A stretch of 58,837 nucleotides of DNA, the filler included, from Catajapyx aquilonaris (taxonomy: Eukaryota): assembly GCA_000934665.2 (NCBI GenBank). It is 2 parts of 2 records of this genome, joined end to end, with 100 filler letters (N's around TTAATTAATTAA, not from the genome) between each part and the next. Parts side by side here need not be neighbours in the genome. Positions count along the whole stretch, not along the records: positions 1 to 29,379 come from JYFJ02004808.1; 1 more part is not named here. The stretch is one strand, 5' to 3'. The translations under genes were made by a program, and so were the position numbers. Below the pieces are notes generated by a model. It had not been told where the DNA came from. It saw only the letters and a list, made by a program, of their open reading frames with translations, and ran no database searches. The first letter of the stretch is position 1. Each line of letters starts with the position of its first letter. Below, in pieces: positions 1-13,401 of this stretch.

Positions 1-198
1 AAAATTTTCTACTTTTTCCCCCTTTCCTCATATCTGGGCATGCGCAGTTGGCTCATCGCGGCTCCTCGTATGCAAGATTCTTGTACGTGGATACCGGCCT
101 TAACTGCCTGATGCATACCCACACAGACCCCATGTAGGTAAGCGCAATGCAATTTGAGGGTGGCTTGGTTACAATCAGACAGGCTCACCCATACAGAC

Positions 199-370
199 CT
201 TGCTTCCTTCGGTATCCGAGCCTCCTGGCCTTGTCTGGCCGGCTGGGCCTGGGTGCCCTGTGCATGGTATTGAGCTGGCGGTACTGCCAGCACCTCATCC
301 TGAGCAGGAAGCGCATCACATCGCTCTGCTTCTTGCGGTACAGCTCCTGCATATACCGGTACGCTCCCAT
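199..370 (-). CDS. RpL15: 60S ribosomal protein L15, first coding exon (rest of gene beyond the left edge)
   Basis: [33 protein letters not shown]...[13 protein letters not shown] is the eL15 N-terminus; donor CAAG|GTCTGT at 199/198. Confidence 0.95.
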
Positions 371-421
371 CTTGGCCCCTCTTCTAGGCCGCCGCCTGCT
401 GTCCCTCTACTCGCCACCTGA

Positions 422-438
422 TCGGAGAAAAGAGAGCG
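422..438 (-). promoter_or_regulatory. Probable 5'TOP/TCT pyrimidine-tract start site of RpL15
   Basis: Minus strand reads CTCTCTTTTCTCCG about 55-65 nt upstream of the RpL15 ATG, as expected for ribosomal protein genes. Confidence 0.65.
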
Positions 439-1943
439 GCCGGGGATTACTCTCTCGTCTCATCGTGCTTTCCCAGCTGCTGGGCCAGGGCTGGGCAGGG
501 GCGGATGGCCCCAGTGCGATGGGGATCGAGGCAGATTCGCCCCACCGCCGACCCAGAGCATGTTTACCAGAGAATGGATCCCAACGCGGCTCCGGTGGGC
601 AATGGGGATGGGTGGTGGGTGGCCGGGGATTCAGCGGATGTGACGTATGCACCACGCAGCTTCCATAGCACATAGCATAGTAGTTGCGCGGCAATCACAA
701 CAGCTACATTTGATAGCAGTGGTGGGTCTCAATGCGGTCACTTAAAATTGACATTTGACCCCACCATGGTTGACCCTTTCCTCACGTACACCATGTTAGC
801 CAAAGTTATCGAGCTGCACAGATCACCTGAATCAGACGTAATTCTGGGCAAGCTAGTGTGCGTGTAGCAGTTATCGTATACAAGATATTAGCTACCGTGT
901 GTCATTAGTGGCCTAATGAGAAAAGATTAATTATAATTAGTGGCACATGTAATTAGACTCCCTCCGATTGTTACATGAGACTGGTTGCAAACACTCGCCG
1001 TACGTGTGGGTTTCACATTCGCAGGCGTTTGTCAGTTGGCAACCTGTGAGTAGTGGCGGAGAAGGGACTGCGTTTGTTGAACGACAGAGAGGCACATCGC
1101 ATCGGTACTACTCGGCAGGGGAGATACCCGCCGTCCTTTGGCACTGCTGGCACCCACACAGGGTACGCATAACAGGGTTGAGGACCATGGGCTGGGGCAG
1201 GAGGGCAGGGGTTGCACAGCCTCGTCATGTGCAACCCTAGGCCTGGTGAAACCTTTGTCACTTTGTCAGAACAACATCTCAAAGGATGGGGAGAAGGTGG
1301 GGATGGCCTATTCAAGCCACTGGTTTAGGGGCAACTGCAGGAAGGGATGCTGGATAGGGCAAGAGTCATGCCCGTGAAAGTAGCATGGGAGGGGCCGGGG
1401 TAGGACTACACTTCTGCCGCAAACTTGATCTTGCCTGATCGATTAGTCTTGACGCATGGGGCAGTATTTGCCCCATGACTCTGCCGCTCCATGTAAACAG
1501 CCCCTTGAAAGGAAGTGACAAGCATGGCAAGTGTCTCTTCCCTGTCTCCATTGGTCTCCATGGTTGCAAGGATTGATATGGCAAAGCTCATTTGAAAAAC
1601 AGTTTCGTTTCCAAAAGGCCCGCAGCTCCATGCCTCTGGGCAGGTTAGCCCCATAGTAAAATGGACTACAATAGAGCAGAAAATTTAGAAGAGCTATGTC
1701 TTTTCAAGGAAAAACAATACTGCTACAATAAAGACCATTGTAGTAGACCAGGACTATTGTCAGGGTGAAAAACCAAACCAAATGCTATTTTAGGTTTTAT
1801 TTACTAATGAGGTTCTAGAATTCGATTCTTGCTTTCGAGCTGATGCAAGCTTGGGGACATGCCCTAAGGATCAACACATCCTACAGAAGTATATTTTCCA
1901 ATTGTTATTAATTATTTTTATTTTCAGCGACAAATTTTCTGTG

Positions 1944-3904
1944 ATGGCAGGCCAACAGCCTGGTCAAGGTGGCCTGTTTGGTCTGGGTGGCAGCAACCCT
2001 CCACTTTCTGGGTTCTCATTTACCTCCAACCCACCGCCAACCACCGCAACACCAGTTGCCACAGCTACTGGTTTCAGTTTTGGGACACCTGCTTTTGGAA
2101 CCCCACCACCCGCACCCGCTGCCACATCCACAGCCGCAGCTCCTCCACTCACCTTTGGTTTTGGGTCAGCCGCTGCTGCTCCACCCACTGGGCCACCTCC
2201 TACCACAGCACATGTCCCACCAGCGGGGTTTAATTTTGCACCACCTGCCGGCACTGCTGCTGCTCCTGCTGCTGCAGTCCCAACTGGCGCCACAGCAGGT
2301 TCTGCTGCCCCAACTGGGTTTGGATTTGGTGCTCCCCCACCTGCGCCCACTTCAGGTGCTGGTGCAACTTCTGGCTTCACGTTTGGGGCGAGTGCAGTTC
2401 CTGCCCCAGCTGCCACCACAGGGGTCGCCCCTGCACAGATGGCTGCTCCCCCAAACTTTCAGTTCAAGTCACCAGCCACTACAGCGGTGCCTGGAGCAGC
2501 TTCAGTGACACCTGCATTTTCATTTGGAACTCCAGCTGGTTCTACTACATCTAGCACCCTTGGAGCCTCTCCCTCTCTTGCCACGACACAGCCAGGACTG
2601 GGATTGGGAACAACTCTTGCACCTTCTGCAGTGTCTTCAAGTATTACTGCACCAACTCCTAGCAAGGTATTTTATTTTGGCATTGACTGTTCTTATTTCA
2701 TTGCTAGCTGGAACAAGACCATCTTGATACAGAATACTACTATTGTTTTCAAAGGATGTTGGTAGCAGCATGCATTCACTCTTCAAAGTGCCACCTCCCA
2801 GTCTCTCTGCTGCCACCGTTGCTTCCACCATCCCTTCCGCTACTGCCACTGCAACTCCCTCAACTGCCGCCCCTGCCCTTGCCTTTTCCCTTGGTGGTGC
2901 TAAGACAGCAGCACCGACCACTGCAACAGCCACTGGTTTCTCGCTGGGTGCTACCACCAGTGCTCCTGCTGCAACCGGCTTTTCACTTGGTGGACGCCCA
3001 CCAACCACCACTGCTGCCGCAGGATCAACTAGTGCTCCAGTAATGGGCCTGACGACAGCAACCACCACAACTGCCAGTGCAGCTGTCCCACCGTCGGGTG
3101 CATCCATGAGCTTCCGTCAGTTGGAGGAGCTCATTAACAAATGGACCCTGGAACTAGAGGAACAAGAGAGAACTTTCCTGAGGCAGGCTACACAGGTCAG
3201 ATATTTTGTACCCATTTGATACCTATTAATATTCTTCATTATGGGGCACATTGTCCTTCCCAGATGATAAGTTAGGTTGTGAAGGCATGAGTCAGAGAGC
3301 ACAAATATAGACTTTCGATCCTAACAGGTGAACGCATGGGACCACCTGCTGAACCAGAACGGGGAGAAGATAGTGTCCCTGAACGAGGCCGTGGAGCGGG
3401 TGAAAGCAGACCAGCAGCAGCTGGAGCATGAGCTGGACTTTGTGGCAGCCCAGCAGAGGGAGCTGGAGGAGCTGCTTGTCCCTCTGGAGAGGGCCATGGA
3501 GGGAGGGGCTGCCAGCTGCCCAGCCGACCCTGAGAGAGAGCACACTTACCAGCTGGCTGAAAGTGTGGATGCTCAGCTCAAGAAGATGGCTGGAGATCTG
3601 AAGGAAGTCATTGAACATTTGAACGCTGCCAACAGGACTCAGGATAGTCAGGATCCGGTCAGTGAGAGAGTTTGTTTTATCTGCGTTTAAAGGCGGGTTG
3701 ACCCTGTTTCTCAATGTTTCTGTACTGACTTGGAATCATTTGCAGATTGTGCAGGTGGGGAGAATCCTGAACGCCCACATGGACTCGCTTCAGTGGATTG
3801 ACGACAGCACCAATGTTCTGCAGAGGAAGCTGCAGGAGGTGACAAAAATGCATGAGGTGCAGAAGCGTGATATGGAGAGGTCTTTCAACCTGGCCTACAA
3901 CTAG
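1944..3904 (+). CDS. Nup62: Nucleoporin Nup62/Nsp1; exons ~1944-2666, 2755-3195, 3328-3657, 3746-3904
   Basis: FG/FSFG-rich Thr/Ala N-terminus followed by the Nsp1_C coiled coil (LEELINKWTLELEEQERTFLRQATQVNAWD...QIVQVGRILNAHMDSLQWI); GT-AG introns keep the frame. The exon-2 acceptor is the least certain boundary. Confidence 0.93.
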
Positions 3905-4098
3905 ACTGTCATTTTGATACAACGATTTTGGAGTAAAAGGTCATTTGCACATAGCTTCTTGTTTATTCAGCTCCTAACAAAAGGTCACCCTACTGTTCCA
4001 GAGTTAAGCAGGTATAATGACTGCCCCAGGTGAAATGAGACAAAAGTCAAACTAACTTGGATGGCAACAATGAATTAGACTATCTTTATTTGCATAAT

Positions 4099-5373
4099 TT
4101 ACACCTCATTTACATGGTCTTTTCTGGCAGCAGCGTTGAGCTTAGAGTAGAACCAACGAGAAATCATGAGCGGGGTGGCGTTCATCAGGGTATATTGGAG
4201 GCCATGCACCCAATACCCCGTTGTGTATGAGGTGTATCCAAGAGTTGCAACAGCATGGCGGGCATACGTAGGAGCATCTGGCGCAAATACACTTCCTTTG
4301 ATGGAATCGTTGTGAGCAGTTATGTTGGTCATCACATAGAAGGGACAAACCAGCTGAACAACAATGCCTTGGGGCTCCAGCTCTTGCTGCATCACTTGAG
4401 TGAAATATGATGTATACGCCTGGAAGTATAGTTTCAATGATTACTTTATACAGCCACATGTGCAGTGCCACTCACACCATCAAAGGATTAGGGAATTCTT
4501 TCAACTGAATTCCATTGTCAAGAGCTAACTTTGACTTGTGGGAATTTCATGTGAATGACTTGTGACCATTACCTTTGTGGCCCCATAGACAGGCATGCAC
4601 AAGAGTGGACCAAATGCACTTCCGGATGAAATATTGATGATGGCCCCCTTCTTGCGGCTGACCATCTGTGGGGATATCATCCTGGTCAGGAGGGTGACTG
4701 GAGCCACATTCACGTTGATCTGCCGCCAAATAGTGTCATCATCCTGCTCGTTCAGATACATTGGGAACGAAGGAAAGACACCAACATTGTTCACTGGAAA
4801 GTAGATTAAAAAGTGTGAGCCAAATCCGCGGAAGGCTATTCAGTCTGATATCATGACAGTTGATTGCTACACCTGGGTGGACGTTGCTGGAATCCAGCAA
4901 ATGACCAACTTATCAGTGTGCATACCTAATATGCCAATCTCCTTGTCCTGTAGCTCTGCTTTGATCTTCCCATAGACATCTTTCCCCAGGCTGAAGTCGG
5001 CCTGAATAACTTGCGTCTTCACTTCAGACTGGTCGCGTATCTCCCCTGCCACCCTGTTCAGCTTGGCCAGATCCCGACTGATCAGCACAATGTTGACCCC
5101 TCTCCTGGCCAGCTCCATGGCATATGCCTTTCCAATCCCATCGGTTGCGCCTGTGACAACAGCCCAGGTGCCAAAGCTCCGCACATACCCACTGTTGTCA
5201 TACAGGCGGGACCACACGTGGGCACGTATTGCAGACACAAGGGTGAGGCTGCCACACACCGCTTTACAGGTGCAGTACTTCAAGCCAACCAGTGCCAAGT
5301 ACTCCTCATAGCTGTGCAGGTAGCGAGACACCTCTTCAATCAGTATCTTTGCCGAATCTACATACAAGGCCAT
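4099..5373 (-). CDS. HSDL1: Hydroxysteroid dehydrogenase-like protein 1 (SDR, HSD17B12/KAR family), ~329 aa; exons 5373-4926, 4793-4573, 4419-4099
   Basis: WAVVTGATDGIGKAYAxELA, NNVG, ISSGS, YGATK and TTGYWVHGLQ motifs; the N-terminus (VDS...YEEYLALVG) resembles HSDL1. Confidence 0.85.
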
Positions 5374-6043
5374 GTCGTCTGGCACAGGGCACTGCAATCA
5401 CACTCTCTGTTGTTGCAGCAGGATGTGGTCAGTGCTGCATACGTCAGTAGTGCTATATATCCTCTGTGTCAGGGGTGACACCTGGCAGTTGCTGTAGGTC
5501 AGTGGCAGCGAGGCAACAACCCCGGAACCCCCGCAACAGACCGATTAAAAGACCATTTAATGCGGGACAGGTAAGTTATCGCATCAAGGTATCACTACGG
5601 ATGACGTCGCACCAGATACGGTAACCTGCAGATAACAAGGCAGGAGACCAGATAGCGTCGCATTAATTATTAATCAGGATCCGCCTCCAAGTGAAACCTG
5701 GTTTGTAATTTAAAATAGTAAATAATTTCAGGCTCTTGCGCTTCGGAGTTATGTGCGCGCGGAATTTACACGGTCGAATGAAGCGGAGGACCAATCAGAC
5801 GAAGGTGGTGCGGGATTTGTTCCTCACCGGGGAGGAGCTGTTGGAGAAGACAAGACGGATCATGTCCACCAGATAAAAGGACAGTCCAACGTGATTCATC
5901 TGGACAACATACCAAACCCGACCCAGTGACGAACCGAAGATGCAGCATGGGGAGTGACACGGGCATGCCAGGAACCAGCAGGTAGTACCTACTGTGTGCA
6001 ACTGAAAATGTAATCTCATGTTGTGCCCCTTCAGAAGTGCACG

Positions 6044-9000
6044 ATGTCTCCAAAGAAACCCAAATTCTTGTGCGACGATGACAGGAGAGACAAGCCCACA
6101 TTTGCATTTGCGCCGTGTGCTGAAAAAACGCCCTTTGTTTTATCTGATTCTACGGAGGAGAAGATTCAGGTGGGACATTTTGGTTCACTGATTGTGCCAC
6201 GGTTTTTAATTCCAATGTTTTATACTGCAGGTTCCAGGAACCATTTCGCAGTACCTGAGAGATTACCAGCGGGAAGGAATCAAATTTATTTATTCGCATT
6301 ACAAGAAAAATGAAGGTGCTATACTTGGTGACGATATGGGTTTGGGGAAGACGATTCAAGTTATTGCCTTCTTGTCTGCTGTTCTTGGAAAGACTGGTAA
6401 GGAAATTTGACAGATTGTCACAAAACCACTAGGTTATGCTGAATAGCAGCTTCTGGTTCCTGGATACGTAAGTTGTTGAGTCAATTATTTTCAGGATCCT
6501 GGGAAGATAAAGAAAACCTTCTGCCTGCTTTAATCAGGAAGGATTCAGACCCAAATTTTAAGGAGAGAGAACCTATATGTTTCTTGATTATTGCACCTGC
6601 TTCCATTCTGTATAATTGGATGGATGAGTTCGAGACGTGGGGATACTTTTCGGTGGCATGCTTTCATAAAGAGCTTCGGTTTGTGACCTTTCTTCACGCC
6701 TTTTGAAACTATTGTGACTGTTGTCTTTTTAAATTTAAAAAAAAAAAAAAAAAACATCCTTTCAGACGAGCTACATTGAACAAAGCAAAAAATGGAAGAG
6801 CAGAAGTGGTGCTGACCAGCTTTGAAACTGCAAGAGATTATGTAGGTTTTTTAAATAATATCAATTGGGCTGCCATTTTTGTAGACGAAGTTCATCGGGT
6901 TAAGGAACCAAAAGCACGAGTCACAGTTTCTTTGAAACAATTTAAATGCCAGAGGCGATATGGGCTCACAGGAACAGCTCTTCAGGTTTGCATTATATAG
7001 CAGTATTTGGACCCTTTTATCATGCAATACTTTACAGATGGTATTTTTTCTCTTGTAGAATAATTTGAAAGAACTGTGGTGTATTTTGGACTGGGCCAAT
7101 CCAAACTGCCTTGGTGACACGAGGGAATTCATGGAGGAATATGCATCGTATGTGCTTCATAAATTGCACATATGCACAAGTGTCAGCTGCTGATATATTT
7201 TTTCTTTCTAGTGTTATTGAAAAAGGGCAACGTCGAAAGGTCACTAAAAGAGATCTGGCAGAGGCAAGAAAAAAGAAAGGGGAGCTGGAAAGTATTGTCA
7301 AGATATGGATGATACGCCGCACTAAATCATGCATCAGTGACCAACTTCCCAAGAAAACTGACAGGGTAGGCCAACCCACTACAGTAGTTTCGTCCTGCCA
7401 AATACCAACAAATATTTTGATATATGATATTTCATTGCAGGTGATTTTATGCCGTCCAAGTCTGCTTCAATCCCGTGTGTACAAAGCAATATTGAATATG
7501 AAAGATGTCAAGTGGATGTTGCAGCAGTGGGATATGTGTCCCTGTGGGAAGGGACTGGAAAAAGGAAAATGTTGCTTTAAGGTAAGTTCACACTTCTTGC
7601 CATGAGTCCTGACATCGCATATGACACTTTTGTTAATTAATTTAGCAACACAAGAGTGGTCGGTCAGTAAAAGCACTGACTTTTTCCACAATGCACCTTC
7701 TACTGAAAGCAGCTAATCATCTGGGCATGCTTTCGCCTTCAATTGTCTCTCCGGGAACCCAGGCCACAAAAGCAGCTGAAATATGGCATGCAGTGGCCGA
7801 GGACAGCCCTGGAACAAGCCAGAATGACATTGTTAGAACTATATCCAAGCCCAAACAAAATGGTAAAATGCTAGTTCTAGCACATTTACTACAGGAGTTC
7901 AGCAACAGGCAAGACAAAGTGCTCCTCTTCTCATATTCGACAACTTTGCTGAACATATTGGAGCAGTACATTGAGACTTTGGGGTATGTGAAACTCTTAA
8001 GTGGAGCTTGCCTGTGTATTACATTGCTTTGTTTTCAGGTATATCTACAGGCGGATAGATGGAAACACGAAGCTGGAATTGCGGGGCGAGTATGTGAAGG
8101 AATTCAATACCCAGCAGCAAATATTCTTGTTCCTGATTTCAACCAAAGCTGGAGGATTGGGCCTGAATATTACTGGTGCCAACGTGGTCATAATTTTTGA
8201 TCCAAACTGGAATCCAGCACATGATTTGCAGGCACAGGACAGGTTGGTTTCCATGCTGCCTGGAGAGTTAAATCAACAGTGCCATTAGAAAGGAGCCTGT
8301 TTGTGGCAAACACAGGAAAATTGTACTGAACAATATCAGAAACGTAATTGTGTGTAATGCAAGATAAAATGATGCGGGAGAGATAGTGAGGAGGGGAGCT
8401 TAAAAACCCATGAGGCCATGCAAATTTAGCTTGCACTAGCTCTCTGCTGTTGTTCTCTCCAAATGAAACCAGGTACATTAACAGAGATACTTCCTGGGTC
8501 TACTTTTTCTTTCCCAGGGCATACCGCATAGGGCAGAGACGGGATGTTAGTGTGTACCGCCTGATAACTTGTGGGACCATTGAGGAGAACATGTACTTGC
8601 GTCAAGTGTATAAACAGCAGCTGGGCAGTGTGGCTGTGGAGAGTGAAAATTCTCGACGCTACTTCCAGGGAGTGCAAGGAGATAAAACTAGGAAGGGTGA
8701 GCTCTTTGGGATCAAGAATATGTTTGGGTTCAGGAGTGGAGAAGGCAAAGGAGCCCCTCTCACCGAGGAGATACTAAAAAGGCATTGGAAGTTGGAAGAG
8801 AATATCCACCAGAGTGGCAAGGAGGAAGATCTGTTCATCGTAGCTGACTGCCAAGTTATGCCAGAGGAAGAGCATTTTGATGACACTGAAGGGTATGTTA
8901 CACTGGAAACTACATTTTCTGGTATCATTTATTGATGGCAGAGACTAAAGCATGCCTTTATTTATCTGGGTATCTGTAATTGGTAAATATTTATAGTGAT

Positions 9001-11044
9001 AAAAAGGAAACAGCAGCTGATGATCCATATGGACTCCAGGATCAATTTGTGGATGAGCTGTCATCACCTGCTGTTAGTGACACGAAAAAGAGAAGGGCCC
9101 GTTTGCACGAGATGTCCAGTAGTGATGAAAGTGACAATGATGTTGAGAGCAGCCAGGACATAAATGCCATTGACAAATTGCTTGGTAAGTGGACGCTTCC
9201 TTCAATTATTATTGTTATGAAAAGAACAGCACTCTGAAAATTATTGCATGACAATTTAGCTGAATATTGGAGCCAAATATATTATGATCTGGTCATTTTA
9301 ATGTGATGATTTATGGCATAGATTCGTCCCAAGTGGTGCACACTCATCTGAACCAGGAGGTGGTGGGTAGCTCCAAAGCGGAAGACCACATCAGCCGATG
9401 TGCAGCCAAGTCTGTGTTCGAACTCAACACTGGGAGTCAGGAGCTTGCCATGCACTGTGATCCAATGGTTGGTAGCAATTTCAATCTGCTCTCCACTGGC
9501 AGACTTGACATTGACTGAGTCAAGGTTTAAGATATGCAACGAACTCTTGTTCTATAATTTTATGCTTGGAAAAGTATAAGATTTTGTTCTTTGAATGTTG
9601 CCATGACAGAATTTAGTGAATTTCTTTGATTCTGCCGAGAATTATCAGAATTTTATACACTTCTCTGAATGGCCTCTCTTAACAGCTAGCGAGTGTACTT
9701 TCCTGGTCTGCCGAACCTGTAATAACTTTCATGCTAGGCAGAGTTCCGTAAGTTTGGTCTGATGTTACATGTTACATCAAACCTCTGGAAAAGTAGTCCT
9801 TCTATGCCCACACCGTGGCAGCCTGCATGTCGGACAAATGATAGAGAAGTCTGCCAGTAGACAAATGCTGAGTGCCTTCTGTTTTGTAAATATGGAACAA
9901 TATTTCAGGAGGAACCGATTGAAACAATGCCAGAATTTATTGAGAGGAGCAAAGAGAAGCTGAGAGCTGCAAAGAAAAGAATTCAGCGGGAAAGGTTGAA
10001 TGCTGGTCAAGTCATCAACCTTGAAAACGATCAGGTTCATTATGGAGAAACTCCGAAAGCAGTGAAAAGGTATATGTTCATGCATCACATTTGCTGCGTT
10101 TCATTGATATGTTTAATAGAATAGACCAGAATGAATGCCTGTAGCCTAAATTTTGACACATACGGGATTACTATTGCTAATTTAGAAAATGCAACTAGAT
10201 TAGGCAGAAATAGGTGCTAAAAGTGGAGCAACTGTAATTTCTGCAATTACCTTAATGGATACTTTCTGCTTCTTAAAAAGCAGCTCCATAATCAGAATTT
10301 CTGCAAGCAGGGGTCCTTTATTGTTGTACTACCTGGCATAATTGCTTTGTATCATTCAGTTTGTCACTCTCATTGATCTTGAGTAACTTGGATGCTAAGC
10401 AATCTCCAGAGCTTATTCTAGTTTTTTGTCACTTTCTGAACAGAAAGCACTTGATGGAAATGGCTGAAGAGCAAGGAATACCTGTTGAAGCACTGGCTAC
10501 AAAAATCCTGCAAATGTCCACTACTGAGAAAGTTCACCTCCTGGAGAATTTTTATACTCGCAGATTTCTTGGAATGGAGAAGTTTTTTAATGAACTGTCC
10601 CAGCAGTCGAAGGAAATTCCATATGAAGTAGGTGACAGCATTCAACAACTGGATGAGGGACCGAGCACATCACAGCCCAGGGTGCGTGGAAAGAGAATGA
10701 GAGTGCGGAGCATTCCAGGTGTTAGGAATGAAGAGGACACTCCAGCGATGAAAAAGAATGGGAAATGCACATCACAACAGCCAAAAGTGATAGACCAGGC
10801 ACCACCAAAGGATGCTTGTAGTCGAGCACGTAAGGACACTATAGCATCTGACTTTTTGGATAGCTTGCTGATTTCTCCTGGTCCGAAGCCAGCCCCCAAA
10901 TCATGCAAAAGAAAGAGTGACACATACAACTCCTCAGGAGAGACCCCGGACACATCATTTGGGTCTCGCAGATCCACAGAGAGTGCATGCTCCGAGGGAG
11001 CTGCTGCTGCATTCAGCATGCTAGACCAGCTTTTCTTCTCGTAA
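6044..11044 (+). CDS. ERCC6L2: DNA excision repair protein ERCC-6-like 2 (SNF2 ATPase), about 15 exons; start codon uncertain
   Basis: [87 protein letters not shown], plus the ERCC6L2-type segment [18 protein letters not shown]. Confidence 0.88.
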
Positions 11045-12168
11045 CCAGTGACACAGATTTTTAAACTATTTTTATAGTAATTATCTAGTCAGTCATATGA
11101 AATCAAGGTTTATGACTTGCAGTGTGACACATACATCACAATCCAGCAGTAGCGAGCATGCTGGCTTTTATTTTTCATATTTGTATGTATATTGCATTGG
11201 GAAGTTATACTTTTTCAGGTACAGCCAAACTGTGCAAAACTGTGCAATTACCGTATTGTCTCGAATTATGTAACTATATCAGAGGATAGTGGCAGTGCCT
11301 ATTTCTTAATTCATTGACATGAAAAGTTTATGAAAATAATGATTACAGTAACACGTTAAGTACATATTAGTTTAGAGCAGTTTGGTTGTCCCAAGAGCAT
11401 TTTAAATGAGTTATTATATCTTGAATAGAGGACACAGAATTGGGCCAAATTCAGATATGCTACACATGTTAGTTGGCCTTCGAACCTGCTTCAATTTCTG
11501 TGTTCAATGTTTCAGTCATCATAAATTCAAAGATCTTTTGGGAAAGTAGAATTATATGAAACATTTTTAATTACAGTTGTGATGTAAAAAGGCAATTGAC
11601 TTGTCACAAATCACCAATCATGCTTGAAGCAGCAACCCAGTGAACGGATTTTTATATTACGCAGTCTTTATGCATTCACATTTTATTTTACATTTCAATT
11701 AATGTATTGAATTATTTTTATTGGTATCATTCCTGTTACCAAGGTTGACTTTTTTGAGTGAGTGTATATGTTGCCAAGTGGCAGAGCTCATAACATGACT
11801 ACAAGGACACTTGTATTTGAGTGCCATGATAGGCCTATATCGCATCATGTTGCTTTTTTAAAAGTTTTCAAGAGCCATATTTAAATTTTAACATGTATTA
11901 TAATTTTTGTCAATAACTGATTACACCAACACATTGCAAATAATAAGAGTTCACTTTACAGGGTAATTTGCTGCCAAAGTGAACATTCCAATAGTGGATC
12001 AGGGTAAAAGTTATGAATGACCTGGAGCTAGTAATTTATCACATTTTACTCTGCCCCATTGTTGGAGGTGTTCACTTGAACAGGGGACTACCCAGCCTAA
12101 TCGTGTACCTATTTAGTTTACTCCTGTTCCTAGGATTCAGGAGAGAAGCTGCTGCTGCAGCTAATTCT

Positions 12169-12578
12169 AGACTTTTTCTCATCATCGAAAAAAAGTCTTA
12201 TAGAATGGCTCTGTCCGTCTGTCTGTGGACAGGTATCACAGCCTAAACCGCAACGGATAGCGACAAACTGTTTTCGGATTCAGATGATTAAGCGTGACCT
12301 AAATAAGCCTCATGGTCAACTTCCGGTGGCCCACCTCTTCTGGTTTTCCGGGTTCACTCTATCCACACAAGTGTACTTTACGGGCGGGTTATCGTTGGAT
12401 TTCGAAATTAGTTTTCCTGGATTCCTGACCATGTGTCAGGGATTTAGCCAGGGTTTTACGTTTTATTCTAGCACAGGGGCCGTGGAATTAATTCCCGACG
12501 TTGGACATGTTTGCGATGTGTGTCCTCGGCCGCCATGAGAAAGTGTACTACACTCACTTGATTTACCAGTCTTGTTTC
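12169..12578 (+). mobile_element. DINE-1/HINE-like non-autonomous element (copy A)
   Basis: Starts AGACTTTTTCTCATC..GAAAAAAAGTC (short inverted repeat), then a core CTGTCCGTCTGTCTGTGGACAGGTATC...GATAGCGACAAAC.GTTTTCGGATTC shared with 48678-48831. The 3' end is approximate. Confidence 0.6.
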
Positions 12579-12945
12579 TAACAAGTTCAGTTTTCGCTAA
12601 GAAGCATCAATGAAGTTGACCAAAGTCTAGCATCCTGACGGTGTTATCTCCTGTGGAGGACTTGCATGTTGCAGATCCCCCCATATTTTGATAAAGCACC
12701 ATGAAAATAGTAAAATGGTTGGGCAGCTCACCTGGACAGACAATTGAGAGACTTGGGTACGGTGTTACCTGCAAATGTATGTCGTATGTAAATTGATTAT
12801 CACGTTTTGTACAGTATATTATTTTAGCAGAGTTGCTTGTTGGCAGTGTGACCACCCAAATCACACACTTGAATGACCCATAATGCTGGTGCAGTCAAAT
12901 TTTGGATGGGCTAAAGTTGTATAGAAGTGGAATTTTTTGTCAGTA

Positions 12946-13107
12946 CAGTACTGGTCAATAATCGAGGCAACGACTAGCGACATTTTCCCGAAGCGGCAGA
13001 AGAAGGAATCTTGCTCGCCCGGCTTCTAGCATGCTTATCTTCGATTCCTTCTTCTGCCGCTTCGGGAAAATGTCGCTAGTCGTTGCCTCGATTATTGGCC
13101 AGTACTG
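12946..13107. mobile_element. Tc1/mariner-type MITE, 162 bp
   Basis: ~65-bp TIRs (CAGTACTGGYCAATAATCGAGGCAACG...) with one mismatch, flanked by TA on both sides. Confidence 0.9.
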
Positions 13108-13401
13108 TACATTAATATTTCTTGGATTATGGTGCTGTAGACCCTCAATAATAGTTTGAATTCTGCTGGTACGGAATTGCTCAATAATATTAATTGAAGC
13201 TACTCCATTGATGTATTGACTGGCAAGACATCCTAATTTTACATGATTTGTTGCAATCGATTTTGTGGTTTATGCATATTTATGCACATTTTTACCAGTG
13301 TGACCTGCAGTATATTTTATGTACATTATTTGCCAAAATGAAATCATGAAACTTTGCAGAATGACTATTATTATTTATTGTTTTACTAATGTACAAAACA
13401 T

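Noticed and set aside
1..198. Intronic snoRNA in RpL15
   Set aside because: No convincing C/D or H/ACA box arrangement by eye, and the intron is cut by the window edge.
1964..2727. Alternative-frame and antisense ORFs within Nup62
   Set aside because: By-products of low-complexity Ala/Pro/Thr codons.
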